64,000 nucleotides of DNA from Elsinoe ampelina (taxonomy: Eukaryota): contig ML992503.1 in the NCBI GenBank assembly GCA_010093995.1, positions 1-64,000 of the forward strand, given 5' to 3'. Under the pieces are notes generated by a model that worked only from the letters and a program-made list of their open reading frames with translations, did not search any database and was not told the origin of the DNA. Position numbers and translations under genes: made by a program. Shown here piece by piece: positions 59,260-64,000 of this stretch (its first letter is position 1; the number at the start of each line of letters is the position of its first letter).

Positions 59260-62200
59260 AAGATTAGGAACTACTACTATATATACTATATAGAATTATA
59301 GCTAGAACAATGTATCTCTAACGTCTATCTACTAGCTATAAGTTTATAGTTCCTATTATAATTGCCTTCTTCTCTATAGACCTATTCTTAGGCTAGTCCC
59401 TTATTAAAACTCTTTAGTAGTAGGGAAAGAGTAGACTACCTTCGAAGCGTCGTTACGCCGTATATAGAGGTCTATATATAGGGTCTTAGCATTAGGTAAG
59501 GAATGTAAAGTATAGCCCTACTCGACTTTATATATAAATTTACCTTACCTAGTATATATAATAACGTTGTTCTCTTATCTCCTAGCTACTATTATACTAG
59601 CTATAATAATAATTAGTAGACTACCTTATTTCTTCTCGTATTTTTCTTCTCTTAATTAGTGTAAGAGCCTTCTATTGTCCGTAATAATAGAATAATAGAA
59701 CAATAGAACGCTTTAATATATATACGAGGCTTTTCCCTTATTAAAATATCTTCTTCTCTTTCTTCTAAAAACCCTTTTACTAAAGTATAGCTCTCTACTC
59801 TCTACCTTATATTTTATACTAATATCTCCTAGTATCTCTCTAATATCTTATTGTCTTTTCTCCGCTATTAGGAACCTTCTTTTAATATGTCTTCTCTAGT
59901 AAGTACTACCTCTAGTAGACTTAACTATAGCTAGATCTAGCGCAAAGGTACTCTACTATCGTCCCCTAGTTACTCTAACTCTGTCCTTATTAAGAAGAGT
60001 CCTTACGTTAACTGCCTTAAGCTCTCTACTAAGTATATAACGTCGGATAACTCTAACTTTACTAATAACTCTTGCTACTATAAGGAGTAGAATAACTATA
60101 CCTTCTACTAGCTCTATAAGCTCTACTATAATAGCTATACCTTTATAGGTCTAATGTCTATTCTATATCGAAGTAATACTAATATTTCTAGTTTCCTAAG
60201 TGCTATAATACTAAGCTTAATACTACTAAAGTTACCTACGAGGCTATCTATATCTACTATTATAATAATAAAGATAAGTACTTAGCTACTATACTCTTCG
60301 ACAAGTAGTGCGTTTATAGCGCCTATACTATAATAGTAGAATATATTACTACTCTTAAGGCTAAATGTATTTCCGCTAAGAAGAAGAGAAAGAGAGGAGA
60401 ATCTAACTCTAATAATAATTTGCCTACGACCTATAAGGACTTTACTGCCTTACTTACTAGTAGCTAAAAGACTAACGAGTTATTAGTAAGGATTATTAGT
60501 ACCTAGCCTACTAGGAAGGCTCTTGCCTACGCTACTATACTAGCCTCTAGTAGTACTACTAGTAGAGCTTAAGAGATTTAGGAAGTTAGGGTAGTTACTA
60601 GTATAGTCTTTAGGTTTCTAGGTATAAGTATAGGTTCCTTAGTCGATATAATAGCTTAAAGCTATTAGAGATAGATTTTGCCTTTTAGAGTTTATAGAGT
60701 TTTTTGCTTTCTACTTCTTCTTTTTGCCTAAGTCTTTTATTTTATAGCCCCTAGCGAAGCTATAGCTCTTAGATCGCTCTTACTTCTTTATTAGAGGCCT
60801 ATTATCCCCTTAGGTATTATTATATTATTAAGGGTCTATTATCGAGGTAAGTATTATTAAGAAGAGTATTGTTGTTTAGATAATAGAGAAGCGATATATA
60901 TATACTATCTTCTCTCTCTTTCTCCTTAATCTCCTTAGACTCTTTATTCTCTCTATCTACTCTACTTCTATACTATAATATTAGAATTCTATAGTATTAC
61001 GACCTACTATATCTCTACTAATTAGATTAATAACTCTAGCTACGCTATGTCCTTTAAGTCTCTAGAGATTACTAATGTTATTATAGAAGTAATATATCGT
61101 CTTAGATTTAGTAGAGACTTCTCTAGTAACTATAACTATAACTATAGTAAGAGCTCTAAGCCTAAGTTCCTATAGTTCTAGACCTCTTCTAACTATGCTA
61201 CGCTAGTGTACTACTATTAGTATAAGTCTTATATTTACTACTAGACTACCCTATACCTCGACTGTAAGTAGGCCTAGTTCTAATATATTTATAATAACGA
61301 CGTAGGCACTTTTCTCCGCTACTATCTCTATTAATACTTCTATACTAAATATGTCTTTATATATTTTTGTTCTATATTATCGCTATAATAGCTAACTTAT
61401 AGTAGTACGACGTCTCTTACACTTTGCTTATTAAGAGTCTTATTTTAACCTAGTATATCTTTAATACTACTATTTATATTTAGGAGTCTAACGAAGATAT
61501 AATAGAGTCCCTACGTAGTAATCTTATCCTTAAGCTAGCGGAGCTAGATAAGCCTAAAGATTTAGAGGATAGAGTTAAGATAGACCTCTTGTAATCTACT
61601 AGTGTTATATTAGAGATACGTTATTAAGTCGACGTTATACTTTTTTATAACATAGACTTACTTTTTTAAATCTTAATCTTATACTATTCCCTTATCTCTC
61701 TCTTTCTCTATAGTGTAAGTTTAAGCTCTTTAAGCCTTATAAGCTTCTTACTTAATATAGTATTACTTCGCTATTATGCTTAGAATAAGACTCTTCTTCT
61801 TAAAGTTCTTAATTTTACTAATAGTATTCTATAGATACTCTATTAGCTCCTAGCTAGCTTCTTCTTTAGAATAGCCTTTCTAGAGTACCTTATAGTAAGT
61901 CTTATCTCTAATAAGGCTTTTATTAACTACCTCTTTAACCTTATATTCTTCTTCCCCCTTAATCTCTACTAGTAGTAGAGTAATATTATTACCTTATTAA
62001 TAAGCCTTAAGGAGAGATACGTAAAAGGTTAAGTAGATTAATTTTATATATACTAGAAGATTAAGTTAGTATACTTAGTAGCCTACTATCTTAGCGATAG
62101 TAAATAGACCTATAAACTTCGCTACTAGCTTCTTCTTTAGCTAGAGAGACTAGAGGTTCTTAGTACTTAGTATAACTTCTTAGTCTTTCTTAAACCTTAT

Positions 62201-64000
62201 TAGCTAGTACTTCTTATTATAGTACACCTTCTACTACGTAATAGTGTTAAGCCTATACTACTTAAGTTCTTCTCTTATGTCTTATAGAGCCTTTACTCTT
62301 ACTTCTACTACTAGTGCTTCTAGTAGTTATAGAGCTACCTTCTTCTCTATAGCGTTAGTCTTAACGTTATTAGAGAGATATAGAACTATTCTATAAATAT
62401 AGCAAAGTAGGCTTACCTCTAGCGACGCGCTATAGAAGCTATTATAGGCAAACTCGGCCTAATATAGCTAGTATAGCTAGTTATCTTAGTAGAAATTAAT
62501 AAACACCCTTAGGTACTATTTAATTATCTAGTTCTACCTCTCTATAGCGCTATTAGTTTAAGAGTAGAACACTATTAAGAGGCGTCTCTAGACCTTCTAT
62601 CTCTAGTAGAGAAACGTCTAAAATTTAGACTTAAATAGAGTACCTCTATTAGTAATCTAGCTTCTTAAGAACCTATAGCGACTAAGAATCTCTCTCTCTA
62701 TAATATTAGCTAACTCTCGGGCCTTTATATCTTTTCTTACTAGAACGTATCTAACATATTTAGATACTCTATCTACTAGCACTAAAATTAAATTAGTAAT
62801 AGAGCTCTATTAGTCCTTTGCTAGAGGTAAATTAGTAATAAAGTCTATTAACTAATACTAGAGTACTTCTCTAATAGAGAGTAATCTTAGAGCCTATATT
62901 TTACTATAGAGCTAATGTCGAGGAACCTTTATTCTTTAGTACTTATTATAGTAATTTACATATCTAGTAACATCTATTGTTATACCTTTCTAATAGTACT
63001 TCTACTTTAGTATAAAGAGTATCTTTTCTATTTCGAGGTAGCTTACTATTAGATTATTATAATTCCTATAGAGTATCTCTATAGTTAGTATTTTTATAGC
63101 TAGGATAAAGACTTTATCTTAAAATAGTAGAACGCTATTGTCTTACTATCTTTAGCTTTCTCTCTTAGTAGTCTCTCTTTCTTTAGGATTACTAAGACGC
63201 TTTAGCGTTGTCTCTACTATAGTATCTCGCCGCTATAGCCTCTTTACTAGGCTAAGTAGCCTTAGTAGCGCCTCTTTATATATATTGTCTTCTTTCGTAG
63301 CTATTGCGTATAGATGTCTAGAGCTAGTAAGTTCTCTATAATCTCTCTATAATCTCTTTACTATAGTTATCTATAGGGAATAGCAAAAGGAACTACTTAC
63401 CTCTAGGGGAGTAAACCTACTATCTTTACCCTTATAGAGAGCTATCTTAGCTTCCGCGTCTATATCTAGTATCTCGCCTTAGGCTATAATACTCTCTTAG
63501 GTATCTTTAGATCTCCTAGTATACTCTACTTTACTATACTATCTCGGCAAGGAATCCTTAGTAACTACTAAGTTTATATCTAGTATTTTACTCTATACGT
63601 CTTAGGTTAACTTAACTTACTTAGCTACTATTATAGCGTTAAGGAGAAGACGTCTCTCTAGCCTCTTATATAAGTCTCTTAGAACCTATAGGTATAAGTC
63701 TACCTTAGCTTACTTATCTCTAGTATCTAGGTCTAGTCTCCTTAATAGTCCGTTAGTAGAATTAAGCTTCCCCGAGTTATAGGTAATCTAGATATTATAT
63801 TATAATAGCTCTTTACTAATATAGGTCTATCGAGCTAAGAGTATCTTAGTTATTAAGAAGTATTTTAGGTTATTATAATTTATAAATATAGTAGTAGTAG
63901 AAGAAATAGAAAAGAGATACTACTACTAGTAGCGTACTACCTTAAGGATAGTAAGTAGCTCTTAGTTATATATAGGCTAGTTTAACTCTACTCTCTATAG
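59260..64000 (-). mobile_element. RIP-inactivated Ty3/Gypsy chromovirus (RNase H, integrase, chromodomain), continuing beyond the window; left boundary approximate
   Basis: De-RIP minus strand: ELLAI..W..YL..TDHNNLKYF..GKLN.ADGLSRRPD (~64000-63720), H.DP..GHL..KT..YYW.GM..C.KCQR.K..SMDFIT.LP (~63080-62820) and YKVLWKGY..EEASWE..EHL.N (~61900-61820). Confidence 0.88.

Noticed and set aside
1..64000. Starship element or CRISPR array
   Set aside because: I recognised no tyrosine-recombinase captain ORF or typical cargo, and no regular repeat-spacer array.

Overview
This is fungal (filamentous ascomycete) genomic DNA, judged from short GT-AG introns, fungal housekeeping genes and RIP. Three very AT-rich, TpA-rich and CpA/TpG-depleted blocks (1-3300, ~6050-10900, ~57830-64000) are RIP-mutated repeats. 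Reversing RIP by eye shows a two-ORF PIF/Harbinger element with a nested MITE, a pogo/Fot1 transposase, and a chromodomain-bearing Ty3/Gypsy element with two extra antisense spliced ORF relics next to it. The gene-dense part holds core genes: POS5-like NADH kinase, a lysophospholipid acyltransferase, RPF1, GRS1, ABP1, eIF3d, a citrate-type carrier, a SUR7-family protein, CDD1, JAC1, SEC12, CCT4 and GRX4. Accessory patches are an enoyl-reductase/P450/PTH11-like trio, a centrally deleted SDR/ALDH pseudogene pair, an ABCG transporter with a Cys-rich ectodomain, a ~35-43 kb island, and three orphan ORFs with upstream CACGTG motifs. The most unusual item is at 35.9-37.0 kb: a stand-alone Mini-III-like RNase III gene whose own 3' end folds into a ~235-nt hairpin (59-bp perfect stem plus a G-U-tolerant inner stem). 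It sits where the 5' half of an SDR gene should be. All calls are from reading motifs by eye; no database searches were run.
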